Origin: a virus
DNA: 40,567 bases
Virus record (IMG/VR): IMGVR_UViG_3300015301_000001
Location: 1-40,567 of that record
Direction: 5' to 3' (one strand)
Part shown: positions 25,680-34,299 of the stretch, one piece after another
Layout: every line of letters starts with the position of its first letter
Position numbering within the stretch: position 1 is the first letter of the stretch
The notes under the pieces: generated by a model
The model's database searches: none
Told to the model about the DNA's origin: nothing
What the model saw: only the letters and a program-made list of their open reading frames with translations
Translations under genes and position numbers: made by a program

Positions 25680-26780
25680 ATGGCTGATACCATCGTAGCC
25701 GACAACGTTAACAACCTGGGCCTGCTCTACGGCCCTGACCAGTTCCGCGAACTGATTCTGGAGCCCGTAACCACTGCGCCTGAGCTTCAAGGGCTACTCA
25801 CCATTACGGACGATATCAAGGCGAAGAAAGATATTCTCTTTGCCAAGCGGTTCCGTAAAGTGACTCAGCTAGACACCGGCTGCGGCACGGTGCCCAACAC
25901 GCCTGGCATGGACGTGGAGAAGCTGACGTGGGACCCGGTTCCATTGGAGGCATGGATTAAGGAGTGCGGCGCTGAGTTTGAAGGCACCTTCATGGCCTGG
26001 GGCCTGGCTGCTGGCTATAACCGCCACGACCTGCAACAAGCCAGCATCAAGATTTCCAACGGCATCACCGACACGGTGCAGCTTCAGAATTATTGGAACG
26101 AGTTTGTTCAGACGACCCTCGAAGAAGCAATGATGGAAGACATCTTCCGCATCGGCTACTTCGGCGACCCAGCTATTACGGCTGGGCAACTGACGAGCGG
26201 CGCAGCCGATGTAAAAAACTACAACCAACTGCGGGGCCTCTGGCCGCAGATTATCGCGTTGGCTACGGTCTACCCCAAGGTGCGGGCCTACACGATTACC
26301 GCCAACCAATCGGCCACGCAAGAGCTAGCTGATGGCGAATCGCGCGACATCTTCCGCCGCCTGCTCGTAGGCGCTGACCCGCGATTGCTCAGCGGCAAGT
26401 TTGGCACGCCGGTAATTCAATGCACGCAGTCGATTATCGACAACTGGGCCGACTACCGCGAGTCGAAGAACTTGGAAACCAGCTTTAAGCTGGAGGAAAT
26501 TGGTCTTGTTGGGCCGAAGTACCGCAATACGGTAATTCGCCCAGTGCCTGAGTGGGACCAGATTCTGATGGAGGACTTCCTCATCAATGGCAAGGTAAAC
26601 CTGCCCCACCGCGCCGTGCTCACGACGCAGGCCAACATGCAACTCGGCTTCGATTCCTACGATGCCGCCACCAAGACCGAAGGGTGGTTCAACCGCGAAA
26701 CCAAGTACACGCACCGCCGTGGCAACTACAAGATGGACGCCAAAGTAATGCGCCCCTTCCTGACGCGGGCGGCCTTCTAA
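25680..26780 (+). CDS. Major capsid protein
   Basis: 366-aa ORF directly after the protease/scaffold gene, followed by the strongest terminator in the window. Confidence 0.7.
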   Translation: MADTIVADNVNNLGLLYGPDQFRELILEPVTTAPELQGLLTITDDIKAKKDILFAKRFRKVTQLDTGCGTVPNTPGMDVEKLTWDPVPLEAWIKECGAEFEGTFMAWGLAAGYNRHDLQQASIKISNGITDTVQLQNYWNEFVQTTLEEAMMEDIFRIGYFGDPAITAGQLTSGAADVKNYNQLRGLWPQIIALATVYPKVRAYTITANQSATQELADGESRDIFRRLLVGADPRLLSGKFGTPVIQCTQSIIDNWADYRESKNLETSFKLEEIGLVGPKYRNTVIRPVPEWDQILMEDFLINGKVNLPHRAVLTTQANMQLGFDSYDAATKTEGWFNRETKYTHRRGNYKMDAKVMRPFLTRAAF

Positions 26781-26803
26781 GTCAGCAACATACCGAATAT
26801 GAG

Positions 26804-26850
26804 AGGCCCGGCCGCACCGGCTGGGCCTTTTTCTTTTCTCCCTTTTTTTC
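26804..26850 (+). terminator. Intrinsic terminator after the capsid gene
   Basis: AGGCCCGGCC-GCACC-GGCTGGGCCT stem followed by TTTTCTTTTCTCCCTTTTTTT. Confidence 0.8.
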
Positions 26851-26859
26851 TGCTTTTCT

Positions 26860-27441
26860 ATGGCCTCCCCACTTTCCTGCGGTCAACTCAAAAAAGGCGT
26901 TGCCGCCCCCTGCGAGCCGGCAGTTGGCGGCTTGCAAACCACGCTCGTGCAGCTCCGCAAGGACGACATCGCCAGCGTGGTGCGTGATGCGCTCAATCCG
27001 AAGCTCGTGGTTATCACGATGAAGACCGGCAAAAAGGGCTTCGTGTTTCAGGGCCTGGGCGAAAGCACCAACGCCCGCGCCAAGCTCACGCCGACCAAAT
27101 TTGGCTCGCCCCTCTACACCCACGAGGTGGACCTTGTGGCCTTCACCAGCGACCCGGCCGACTACGCCACCTGCGAGGATTTGGCGAAGGATACCACCGT
27201 TTCGGTGGTGCCCGACAACAACGGCAATTACTTGGTATACGGCCTGAACGCTGGCCTGAAAGCCACCAAGAACGACACCGACACGGCCAACGCCGATACC
27301 GGTGGCTCGCCCGAAATCACCATCGCCTCGACCAAAGAGAAGGGCCTCGCCGACTTCTTCGCCGTGATGGACAATTCAGGTGCTACCCCCGTGGTGGACC
27401 CAGTAGCCACGAAGGCCGCCTTCACGGCGCTCTATCTGTAG
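26860..27441 (+). CDS. Virion structural protein (possible major tail/tube protein)
   Basis: 193-aa beta-rich ORF; the assignment rests on position only. Confidence 0.6.
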   Translation: MASPLSCGQLKKGVAAPCEPAVGGLQTTLVQLRKDDIASVVRDALNPKLVVITMKTGKKGFVFQGLGESTNARAKLTPTKFGSPLYTHEVDLVAFTSDPADYATCEDLAKDTTVSVVPDNNGNYLVYGLNAGLKATKNDTDTANADTGGSPEITIASTKEKGLADFFAVMDNSGATPVVDPVATKAAFTALYL

Positions 27442-28280
27442 TGGGCAACGAGTTGCTAGAACGGGGCCGCCGGCTTATTGCCAGCGGCCCCCACTCGCCC
27501 AACACCAGCGAGATAGCCGAGGTACACGCGGCCTTGTACCCAACCCGTGACGCGGTTTGTCAGACCTGCCCCGGCGAGCTAGGCCGAGCCTACTACGCAA
27601 TTCAGCGGTGGGTAAACCAGCAAGAAAATTCCTCTACCAATTCCCCTACCAACGTGAAAAAAGGAACCACCGCCCGCTTCCATAGCGACTCGCTTATCTA
27701 CACCCCGCACGGCCTGGGTGTAGCCTACTCCAACGCCAACCTGACCGACAAGGCCGCGCGCGACATCATCGCCGCCGACCCTGACGCAGCCCAGCACTTT
27801 GCCGTTCTGCCCCCCGAGGCTGAGGCTGGCGAAGATGCTGCCCCCGAGGCCAGCGCCACCCAGGCTACCGCGCCGGCTGCTACGCCCGCCCCTTCGCCAG
27901 CACAGCCCGCCCCGGTTATCGATTACGCCCAACTGGCTAGCGCCATTTTGGACGAGCAGGGCCGCCGCGCTGCGCAGCCTGCCGATACCCAAAAGCCCGC
28001 CGAAGCCCCTGCTCTTACCGCTTCTGTCGGTGGCGCTGCCGACACGGCCGAGGTGACAAAGGAAGTACTGGGCAACGGCGTGGAGGTCACCACCGGCAAG
28101 ACCGACACGACCACCGAGGAAGACCCAAAGCGCCCGGCTCCGCTCTCGCGCATGAAGCACGACGAGCTCGTGGCTACCTACCGCGCTGAGCTGAACCTGG
28201 AGCCGGTGGCCGACCTGACCAACGAGCAACTGCGCGACGCCATCGCTGAGAAGCGGGCCAGCGTGCAAGACCCCGAGTAA
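27441..28280 (+). CDS. Hypothetical protein with a low-complexity Ala/Pro linker and a C-terminal HeH/Rho-N-like motif
   Basis: GTG start overlapping the upstream stop (TAGTG). C-terminus reads MKHDELVATYRAELNLEPVADLTNEQLRDAIAE. Confidence 0.55.
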   Translation: MGNELLERGRRLIASGPHSPNTSEIAEVHAALYPTRDAVCQTCPGELGRAYYAIQRWVNQQENSSTNSPTNVKKGTTARFHSDSLIYTPHGLGVAYSNANLTDKAARDIIAADPDAAQHFAVLPPEAEAGEDAAPEASATQATAPAATPAPSPAQPAPVIDYAQLASAILDEQGRRAAQPADTQKPAEAPALTASVGGAADTAEVTKEVLGNGVEVTTGKTDTTTEEDPKRPAPLSRMKHDELVATYRAELNLEPVADLTNEQLRDAIAEKRASVQDPE

Positions 28281-28305
28281 ACCACCCAGCTAGCAGCCTT
28301 TCCCC

Positions 28306-29643
28306 GTGCCCGTTACCCGCCAAGCCATTACCGCCATTGATTCGGCCCCAAAGCGCCGCGTAGTCGATACCAAGGACTACGTGCGCTGGGGCGATGATGA
28401 CCAACGGCCGCAGCAGCAGCTTGCGCTTCTGTCGGTTTCGGGCACGGGGAAAGTCTGCGCAGCTACCAAAGCCAAGTTTATTGAGGGTAACGGGTTCAAG
28501 GATGCCGACTTCTACAAGGCGGTTATTAACCCGAAGGGGCAGACCATGGACGCGCTGCTCAAGCTACTGGCTGACCGTGAGGCCAAGCTGAGCGGGCACG
28601 CGCTGCTCGTGAACATCAACCTGCTGGGCAATCCGTGCAGCGCCTACTTTTTGCCCACCGAGAACCTGCGCCTGGGCCTGCCTGATGATGCGGGCATAAT
28701 TGACCACGTCTTTATCCTGCGGCCGAAGGTGCCCGGCTCGAAGGGCCGCGCTCAGAAGCCGACGCGCCACCTGACCTACGACCCCAACGAGCCCGCCGAA
28801 GAACGCGCTGAGCGCCTGGCTACGTGGGAAGGTGGCCCCGATGCTTACCCCGGCGAGGTGTATTGCTCTTTCCTTGATGGAGCCGGCTACTACCCTGACC
28901 AGGTGTATGAGCCAGTAGAGGTTGACATGGAAACCGAGGCCCGGCTCAAGCGCAGCCGGCGCACCGATGTTCGCTCTGGCTACTCGGCTCAGGTGATGAT
29001 TACCGAATACGGTAACGACACGCCCAGCGAGGAAAAGATGGCGGCTGACCGGCTAAAGTTCGGCACTTTTATCGGCGAGGATGGCGCGCGCGTGCTGCAT
29101 CAGTACGCGGCCAGCAAGGACATGAAGCCGGACGTTGATACGCTGCAAGCCCCCGATGCTTCGAAGCGTTACCAGACCGACGAGGAAAGCCTGCGCACCA
29201 ACATCCGGGCAGTGTTCCAAATCCCTAACCTGCTGTATGGGGAGGCCACGGCCGGCAAGCTGGGCACGAGTCAGGAGATGGACGACGCCACCAAGTACGT
29301 GCAGAACATGGTCGTCAACACCAATCAGCGCAGCATTGAGCGCACGGCTGAGGTGGTGTTTAGCACGTTCCAACGGCCCGACCAGCCCGACGTTCCACTT
29401 TGCCCCTCGGGGGATTATTCGATTGAGAACCTGAGCCTGGCCCCGGTGCCCAGCACGGACCAAGAAACCCCGGCGCAGAAGGCCCTCAAGGTGCTTACTA
29501 CCCTCTCTCCCTTGGTTCAAAACAAGGTGCTCGACTCCCTCAGCCAGCAGCAGATTCTTGACTTCATCGGCTTAAAAGCTGATGGCCCACCAGCCGCTAA
29601 GCCCACCACCCCAGCCAATGGAAACGACGCTGCTACTGAGTAA
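28306..29643 (+). CDS. Putative portal protein
   Basis: 445 aa with N-terminal YVRWGDDDQRPQQQLALLSVSGTGKVCAATKAKFIEGNGF, resembling portal N-termini. GTG start. Confidence 0.5.
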   Translation: MPVTRQAITAIDSAPKRRVVDTKDYVRWGDDDQRPQQQLALLSVSGTGKVCAATKAKFIEGNGFKDADFYKAVINPKGQTMDALLKLLADREAKLSGHALLVNINLLGNPCSAYFLPTENLRLGLPDDAGIIDHVFILRPKVPGSKGRAQKPTRHLTYDPNEPAEERAERLATWEGGPDAYPGEVYCSFLDGAGYYPDQVYEPVEVDMETEARLKRSRRTDVRSGYSAQVMITEYGNDTPSEEKMAADRLKFGTFIGEDGARVLHQYAASKDMKPDVDTLQAPDASKRYQTDEESLRTNIRAVFQIPNLLYGEATAGKLGTSQEMDDATKYVQNMVVNTNQRSIERTAEVVFSTFQRPDQPDVPLCPSGDYSIENLSLAPVPSTDQETPAQKALKVLTTLSPLVQNKVLDSLSQQQILDFIGLKADGPPAAKPTTPANGNDAATE

Positions 29644-30199
29644 AGAAGATTTTAAAGACCACGCCGACCTAGCCGAGTCGCTCGACATGGACCGGCTGCG
29701 GCCGCACATCATAGCCACCCAGCGCCACCGGCTTCTTCCGCTGCTTACTGCGCCGCTGCTTACTGAGCTGCTGCGTTTGGTGCAGGCTGAGCGCACGGCC
29801 GCCGCTGGCACAGTTGCCCCCGCGCCCCTTGTGGCACCGTGGGACGAGCTGCGGCCGTTGGCCGTGGCTGTAGTCGCCAGTGGCGCAATGGCGCGGTACA
29901 CGCCGTTCTCTCCCATTACCCAAACCTCGCACGGGCCTCGGGTGAAGGACACCAAGGACAGCCAGCCGGCCGATGGCCGCGACCTCGCCCGACAGGCGAA
30001 GGTGTACGATGATGAAGCATTCAGCTACGAGGAAACCCTCGCGGCGTGGCTCAGGGTCAACGGCAAACGATTTGGCAGTTTCTACACCGTGGCCTCGTGC
30101 TGCGGCGCAAATGATACCGGCCGGCAGCCCAGCACGGTAGTGCAGGCTATTGGCCGCCCCGACGATTACTCTCCTAACCGCATCCCTTACGGCCGCTAA
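29618..30199 (+). CDS. Hypothetical head-tail connector-like protein
   Basis: ATG 29618 (METTLLLSKEDF...) within track ORF 29582..30199, positioned after the portal gene. Confidence 0.5.
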   Translation: METTLLLSKEDFKDHADLAESLDMDRLRPHIIATQRHRLLPLLTAPLLTELLRLVQAERTAAAGTVAPAPLVAPWDELRPLAVAVVASGAMARYTPFSPITQTSHGPRVKDTKDSQPADGRDLARQAKVYDDEAFSYEETLAAWLRVNGKRFGSFYTVASCCGANDTGRQPSTVVQAIGRPDDYSPNRIPYGR

Positions 30200-30218
30200 G
30201 CCTATCGAATAACCGCCC

Positions 30219-30716
30219 ATGTTTGCCCTCCTGATTCAACTGCCCGCCGCCAACCACTACGACACCATCACGGTGCTTGAGTTGGTGGGGGTGCTGCTGC
30301 TTTTCATCCTCTCCACAGCTACGGGCCTGGAAAAAGTCTATGGTTGGTTCACGGGCGGCGTGAAAAAGAAGGATGCCGCGGTGGAGCAGCGTTTTGCGGC
30401 AATAGAAGAAAAGCAACGGCTTCATAGTGCGGAGCAACTCAATCAGCATAATACCCTCCACGAATACGAGCGCGAGCGCGAGCGCCTGGCGGGCGGGTTT
30501 CGCGCCGAAATCACGGCGCTGCAAAAGTCGGTGCTGGCATTGGAGGCCATGCCCGGCCGCGTCAATACCCTGGAGGCGAAGCTCGACAACCTCACTACGC
30601 AGATTACCGACCTCAAAACCGGCCAGCACCAGCTCAAGCAGGAGATGCGCGAGGATATGCGCCTCAACAAAAACGAGGTACTAGACGCCATCAAAGGCTT
30701 GCGCCCTAATCCTTAA
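30219..30716 (+). CDS. Membrane-anchored coiled-coil protein (one N-terminal TM segment)
   Basis: VLELVGVLLLFILSTATGL followed by about 110 aa of coiled coil. Confidence 0.65.
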   Translation: MFALLIQLPAANHYDTITVLELVGVLLLFILSTATGLEKVYGWFTGGVKKKDAAVEQRFAAIEEKQRLHSAEQLNQHNTLHEYERERERLAGGFRAEITALQKSVLALEAMPGRVNTLEAKLDNLTTQITDLKTGQHQLKQEMREDMRLNKNEVLDAIKGLRPNP

Positions 30717-30734
30717 CCTCTTTTCTCTGCAATT

Positions 30735-31232
30735 ATGCTTACCTCCATTCGTACCTTCTTCCACCACCACGGCGCACGCATCGCCTGCGTGCTGCGCCAG
30801 CAACTACGGCGCTGGCTGTGGCTGCTGCTCTTTGTGGCCGGTGCCCTCAGCTACCCCGTGCAACTGCGTTGGATGGTCAACTACGTTACGGCCGGGGCTA
30901 ACCGCGCCGACCTGCTAGCCATGCGTGCAGCGGCCTACGCCAAGATGGTGAGCCCGCTTTACTTCTTCTCCAAAACCAGCCTGAGCATCGGCATCTTTTG
31001 CCTTGTCAACCTGCTGGGCTGGGCCGCCCTGCTCGTGGTGCCCGTGCTGATTGACTGGGCCACCGGCTACTACAAGAAGCAGCGGGCTGACTTCCCCGAA
31101 ACGCGGGGCTTCAAGGGCACTTTTCTACTGGGCCTCACCGACTGGCAGCGTATGCTCGTCTTCGTGGCCGTGTGGGCGCTGGAAATCTTCACGGCCGTGG
31201 AAAGCGTGAAGGCCGGCTTTACTATTCAGTAG
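30735..31232 (+). CDS. Multi-pass membrane protein (holin candidate)
   Basis: About 4 hydrophobic segments, immediately upstream of the endolysin gene. Confidence 0.6.
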   Translation: MLTSIRTFFHHHGARIACVLRQQLRRWLWLLLFVAGALSYPVQLRWMVNYVTAGANRADLLAMRAAAYAKMVSPLYFFSKTSLSIGIFCLVNLLGWAALLVVPVLIDWATGYYKKQRADFPETRGFKGTFLLGLTDWQRMLVFVAVWALEIFTAVESVKAGFTIQ

Positions 31233-31233
31233 G

Positions 31234-31815
31234 GTGAGAAAGCTATTAGCTTTTTACTTATTACTTGTAACTCACAACTTACAAGTAAGCGCCCAGCCAG
31301 CGCCCAGCCGCGCCGTGCAGGCGAAGCGGGCGCAGCTGACCATCGACTGGCTGACCGGCCGCTTGTGGGTGCGCGAGGCCACCGGCCGCAACGATGGCCT
31401 AGCCGTGGCCGAGATTATCCGCGCCGGGGGCGGGGTGCCTGCCCAGCGGCCCGAGTGGTGCGGCTTCACCCAGGCCGCCGACCAACGGGCCAATGGCCTG
31501 CCCATACCAGCCAAAGGGATGCAGGGCGCGGCGCGGGCGTGGTTTGAGCCTGGCAGCCCGCGCACCTACTTCCTGGCTGGCCGACGCGGCAGCCTCGACA
31601 GCATCAAGCCGGGCCACATGCTGGGCTTCGACTACGGCCGGGGCATCCACCACATTGCCCGCGACAAGGAGGTGGCCCCGCCGCTACGCAAGGGCCGCCC
31701 GCCGCGTGGCTTCTGGAGCATCGCCGGCAACGAGGGGCGCGGCACCAAGGCCGGCGTACATCTGACCTACTACCCAGCCGCCAACATCGCCGGCGCTTCC
31801 AACTGGCTGTACTGA
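31234..31815 (+). CDS. Secreted cysteine-peptidase-type endolysin (CHAP/NlpC-P60-like)
   Basis: GTG start. Signal-like MRKLLAFYLLLVTHNLQVSAQ, a catalytic-type PEWCGFTQ Cys and a GIHHIA His. Confidence 0.6.
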   Translation: MRKLLAFYLLLVTHNLQVSAQPAPSRAVQAKRAQLTIDWLTGRLWVREATGRNDGLAVAEIIRAGGGVPAQRPEWCGFTQAADQRANGLPIPAKGMQGAARAWFEPGSPRTYFLAGRRGSLDSIKPGHMLGFDYGRGIHHIARDKEVAPPLRKGRPPRGFWSIAGNEGRGTKAGVHLTYYPAANIAGASNWLY

Positions 31816-32156
31816 TGCTGTTCGCCTCCCTCTTAGCCAGTAAGTGGCGATGGCCGGCCGCTGCCCTTGCGCTCGTGGTGGTGGTCTACTTCGGTGCCCA
31901 GCTATGCGACTACGCCGCCTCGTGGTGGGGCCACCGGCAGGCCGTGAAGGCAGCCGAGGCCACCGTGCAGGCCCACGACAACCGGGCCGCCGCTGAGGTC
32001 CACCAGCAGCACCATTTCGACAGCCTCCTTTTTACTCGCATCGGCGAGAGCCGCGAGCTTGCCCGCGCCCGCGCCAAAATCAAGCACCTCGATGATTCGC
32101 TCAACCACCGCCTGCCTGCTGCTCCTGCTTTGCCTGCTGACCCACCCAGGCAGTAG
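31815..32156 (+). CDS. N-terminally anchored helical protein (i-spanin-like)
   Basis: TM segment WPAAALALVVVVYFGAQL followed by a charged helical region. TGATG coupling to the endolysin gene. Confidence 0.55.
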   Translation: MLFASLLASKWRWPAAALALVVVVYFGAQLCDYAASWWGHRQAVKAAEATVQAHDNRAAAEVHQQHHFDSLLFTRIGESRELARARAKIKHLDDSLNHRLPAAPALPADPPRQ

Positions 32157-32553
32157 CCAAGCCATTGCCCCGCTACCGCCTGCCGTGGTGCGCCTGGAAG
32201 TGGGGGAGGTGGTGCGCCGCCCGCTTATTGGCATCGACACGGCCACCTACCGCACCACCAGGCAGTACGTGGCCGCTGCCGGGCAACTGCTGGGCGTGCG
32301 CGCCGCCCGCATCGCGCAGCTCGAGCGCAGCACCCAGCTAGCCGACTCAACCACGACAGCCGTGCTAACCGAGTTGCGCCGCTCGAAGGTTACGGCCGCC
32401 GCCAACGAGGCCGATTTTCAGAAGCTCGTCGAAAGCACCCGCGCGCTGGGCAAGCCGCCCGCCCCGCCGCTACTCCTTGACCCGCATTTCTACCAGGGCA
32501 CGCTCGCCGGTGCCGTGGCCGCCGTGCTGCTGAAGCTCTTTGTTTTCCACTAA
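32092..32553 (+). CDS. Secreted protein with a C-terminal hydrophobic anchor, overlapping the previous gene out of frame (spanin-like)
   Basis: ATG 32092 gives MIRSTTACLLLLLCLLTHPGSSQA. The C-terminus is GTLAGAVAAVLLKLFVFH. There is a 65-nt out-of-frame overlap with 31815..32156. Confidence 0.5.
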   Translation: MIRSTTACLLLLLCLLTHPGSSQAIAPLPPAVVRLEVGEVVRRPLIGIDTATYRTTRQYVAAAGQLLGVRAARIAQLERSTQLADSTTTAVLTELRRSKVTAAANEADFQKLVESTRALGKPPAPPLLLDPHFYQGTLAGAVAAVLLKLFVFH

Positions 32554-32565
32554 CACACTGTTAAT

Positions 32566-32745
32566 ATGCTAATTCGCATTCTGCTGCTCGTCCTCGCCGT
32601 AATTATCTGGCTGGCTTTCTACCTCACTGGCACCGAAACCCACGCCACCGATGGGATTATCTTCTTCGGCCTCGTGGCTGCTGAGGCGCTCGTAATTCTG
32701 CTGCAAAGCCGAAAAGAGCGCCCAAAGCCCGAGCTTATCAAGTAG
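32566..32745 (+). CDS. Small two-TM membrane protein (59 aa; below the ORF-track cutoff)
   Basis: My translation is MLIRILLLVLAVIIWLAFYLTGTETHATDGIIFFGLVAAEALVILLQSRKERPKPELIK, followed by a terminator. Confidence 0.55.
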   Translation: MLIRILLLVLAVIIWLAFYLTGTETHATDGIIFFGLVAAEALVILLQSRKERPKPELIK

Positions 32746-32772
32746 CTCGTCGAACCTGCCTAGTAAACTGAC

Positions 32773-32802
32773 AAGCCCCGGCCGTATTGGTCGGGGCTTT
32801 TT
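32773..32802 (+). terminator. Intrinsic terminator ending the lysis operon
   Basis: AAGCCCCGGCC-GTATT-GGTCGGGGCTT stem running into a T5 tract. Confidence 0.75.
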
Positions 32803-32815
32803 GTTGCCCCTGAAA

Positions 32816-32862
32816 ATAAACTTACACATTACAACAAATAATGTTGTAATGTGTAAGTTTAT
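32816..32862. promoter_or_regulatory. 47-bp palindrome (21-bp perfect arms, 5-bp centre); candidate HigA operator
   Basis: ATAAACTTACACATTACAACA / TGTTGTAATGTGTAAGTTTAT verified base by base. It abuts the -7 box of higB. Confidence 0.6.
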
Positions 32863-32866
32863 GTGC

Positions 32867-32874
32867 TACCTTTG
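32867..32874 (+). promoter_or_regulatory. Bacteroidota-type -7 promoter box TACCTTTG for higBA
   Basis: Exact TAnnTTTG, 4 nt before ATG 32879 and 13 nt before ATG 32888. Confidence 0.5.
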
Positions 32875-32878
32875 GGAC

Positions 32879-33181
32879 ATGATAGTGATGCACAAAAAGA
32901 CGGTAAGGGAGTACGGCGAGGCCCACCCCCCGGCCGCCGAGCCCTTAAAAGAATGGTTCGCCAAAGTAGAAGCCGCCGATTGGGCCAACTTCTCAGAATT
33001 GAAAAACGACATGAGGCCCACGGATTTGATAGGCGGCGACCGCTACATTTTCAACATAGGCGGCAACAAATACAGGCTACTAGCCGCCATAATGTTCAAA
33101 ACCAGAACCATACTAATAAGAGGAATCTACACCCACCGCGAATACGACAGGCTCACGAATCACCAACTACTCACCCTCTAG
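32879..33181 (+). CDS. higB: HigB-family (RelE-fold) mRNA interferase toxin
   Basis: KKTVREYGEAHP...WFAKVEAADWANFSELK...FNIGGNKYRLLAAIMFKTRTILIRGIYTHREYDRL matches the HigB pattern (F-N-I-x-G-N-K-Y-R-L...THxEYD). Alternative start at ATG 32888. Confidence 0.85.
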   Translation: MIVMHKKTVREYGEAHPPAAEPLKEWFAKVEAADWANFSELKNDMRPTDLIGGDRYIFNIGGNKYRLLAAIMFKTRTILIRGIYTHREYDRLTNHQLLTL

Positions 33182-33247
33182 GGGGTGAGTAGTACCCGGC
33201 TCCACTATCATACCGCCGCATCAATCACTTCAGCCACCACCACTACA

Positions 33248-33739
33248 ATGTCCACGCTCACCATCCCCACCATCACCAACGACGACGAGCTTGCCCGCGC
33301 CATTGATGAATACTACCCGCTCGCTGCGGCCCTCGAAACCTCCGACGCTGAGCCCAGCCCCTACGTGCTGGGCCTGCGCGATGCCATCGACGCTTACGAG
33401 CGCCGGGCCGGCCACGCGCCCGAGCCGCCCCAAACGGTGGCCGGGCTGCTGGAGGTCGAAATGTTCAAGCGCAAGCTGCGCCAGCGCGGGCTCGCCGAAG
33501 TGCTGGACGTGCCCGAAACCCGCCTGAGCGAAATCCTGCGCGGCAAGCGGGGCATGAACCTGGACTTTGCGCGGCGGCTGTTTGTGCGCCTGAGCGTGCC
33601 GGCCGAGGTGATATTGAAACTGCAAGACGTGGGCGAAGGGGTCGCCATGTCGGTGACCCCTTCGCGCCGCAAGCCCGCACCCAGCAAGAACAAAAAATAT
33701 CCCCGTTCACTTTCCCCCTTACCCCATGACCGAGCTTGA
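33248..33739 (+). CDS. higA: HigA-family HTH (XRE) antitoxin
   Basis: LLEVEMFKRKLRQRGLAEVLDVPETRLSEILRGKRGMNLDFARRLFVRLSVPAEVIL is typical of HigA. ATG 33248 is preferred over GTG 33185. Confidence 0.8.
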   Translation: MSTLTIPTITNDDELARAIDEYYPLAAALETSDAEPSPYVLGLRDAIDAYERRAGHAPEPPQTVAGLLEVEMFKRKLRQRGLAEVLDVPETRLSEILRGKRGMNLDFARRLFVRLSVPAEVILKLQDVGEGVAMSVTPSRRKPAPSKNKKYPRSLSPLPHDRA

Positions 33740-34229
33740 TAATAAACTGCGCGCCCTGACTGATGCCCAGCGCGACCTCTACCAGTATTTAGGCGTTACG
33801 CGGCGCGAGGCTGACGACGCGGGCGATTTTCACAGCGCCAAGTTTTATGCCCACAGTACCGGCCTTTCTGATATTCCAGCCCCGTTCCCCGAGGTGCTGG
33901 ATTACCGAGGCAACAAGTGGCGTATTATTGATTCCGTTATTGGCCGAGGTCAGGAAGTAATACAAGTGCTGCCCTTCGACGTGACCGAGTGGGATTCTGA
34001 GCAGGTGATTACGTTTCACATCTACTCTATCAAGGATGGCGACGACGGCCTGACCTATGCCATCGGCAACCACTTTCCCAAGGCCCACGAGTTAGAATAC
34101 GGGTTTCCTGATGAGGTCGCCAAGGTAGAGGCGGGGGAGCCGTTTTTTGGTGACCGCTGCTTTCTGCTGCTCAACCCCAGCAACGGCTCAACCGAGCTAG
34201 AAGATTACCAGGCTTATTTTCAGAAGTAG
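33726..34229 (+). CDS. Hypothetical 167-aa protein co-transcribed with higBA
   Basis: 14-nt overlap with the higA 3' end. No motif recognised. Followed by a strong bidirectional terminator. Confidence 0.65.
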   Translation: MTELDNKLRALTDAQRDLYQYLGVTRREADDAGDFHSAKFYAHSTGLSDIPAPFPEVLDYRGNKWRIIDSVIGRGQEVIQVLPFDVTEWDSEQVITFHIYSIKDGDDGLTYAIGNHFPKAHELEYGFPDEVAKVEAGEPFFGDRCFLLLNPSNGSTELEDYQAYFQK

Positions 34230-34244
34230 CACCCAGCGCCCAGC

Positions 34245-34283
34245 AAAAAGCCCACCCCTCAGCTTTGAGGGGTGGGCTTTTTC
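34245..34283. terminator. Bidirectional intrinsic terminator
   Basis: AAAAAGCCCACCCCTC-AGCTTT-GAGGGGTGGGCTTTTT, a 12-bp perfect stem flanked by A5 and T5. Confidence 0.85.
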
Positions 34284-34299
34284 ATTCTTGCCCGTGGGG

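Noticed and set aside
32569-32829. Minus-strand 86-aa ORF from the track.
   Set aside because: The plus strand encodes a clean two-TM 59-aa protein (32566..32745) followed by a plus-strand terminator. The minus ORF also runs through that terminator and into the higBA palindrome.
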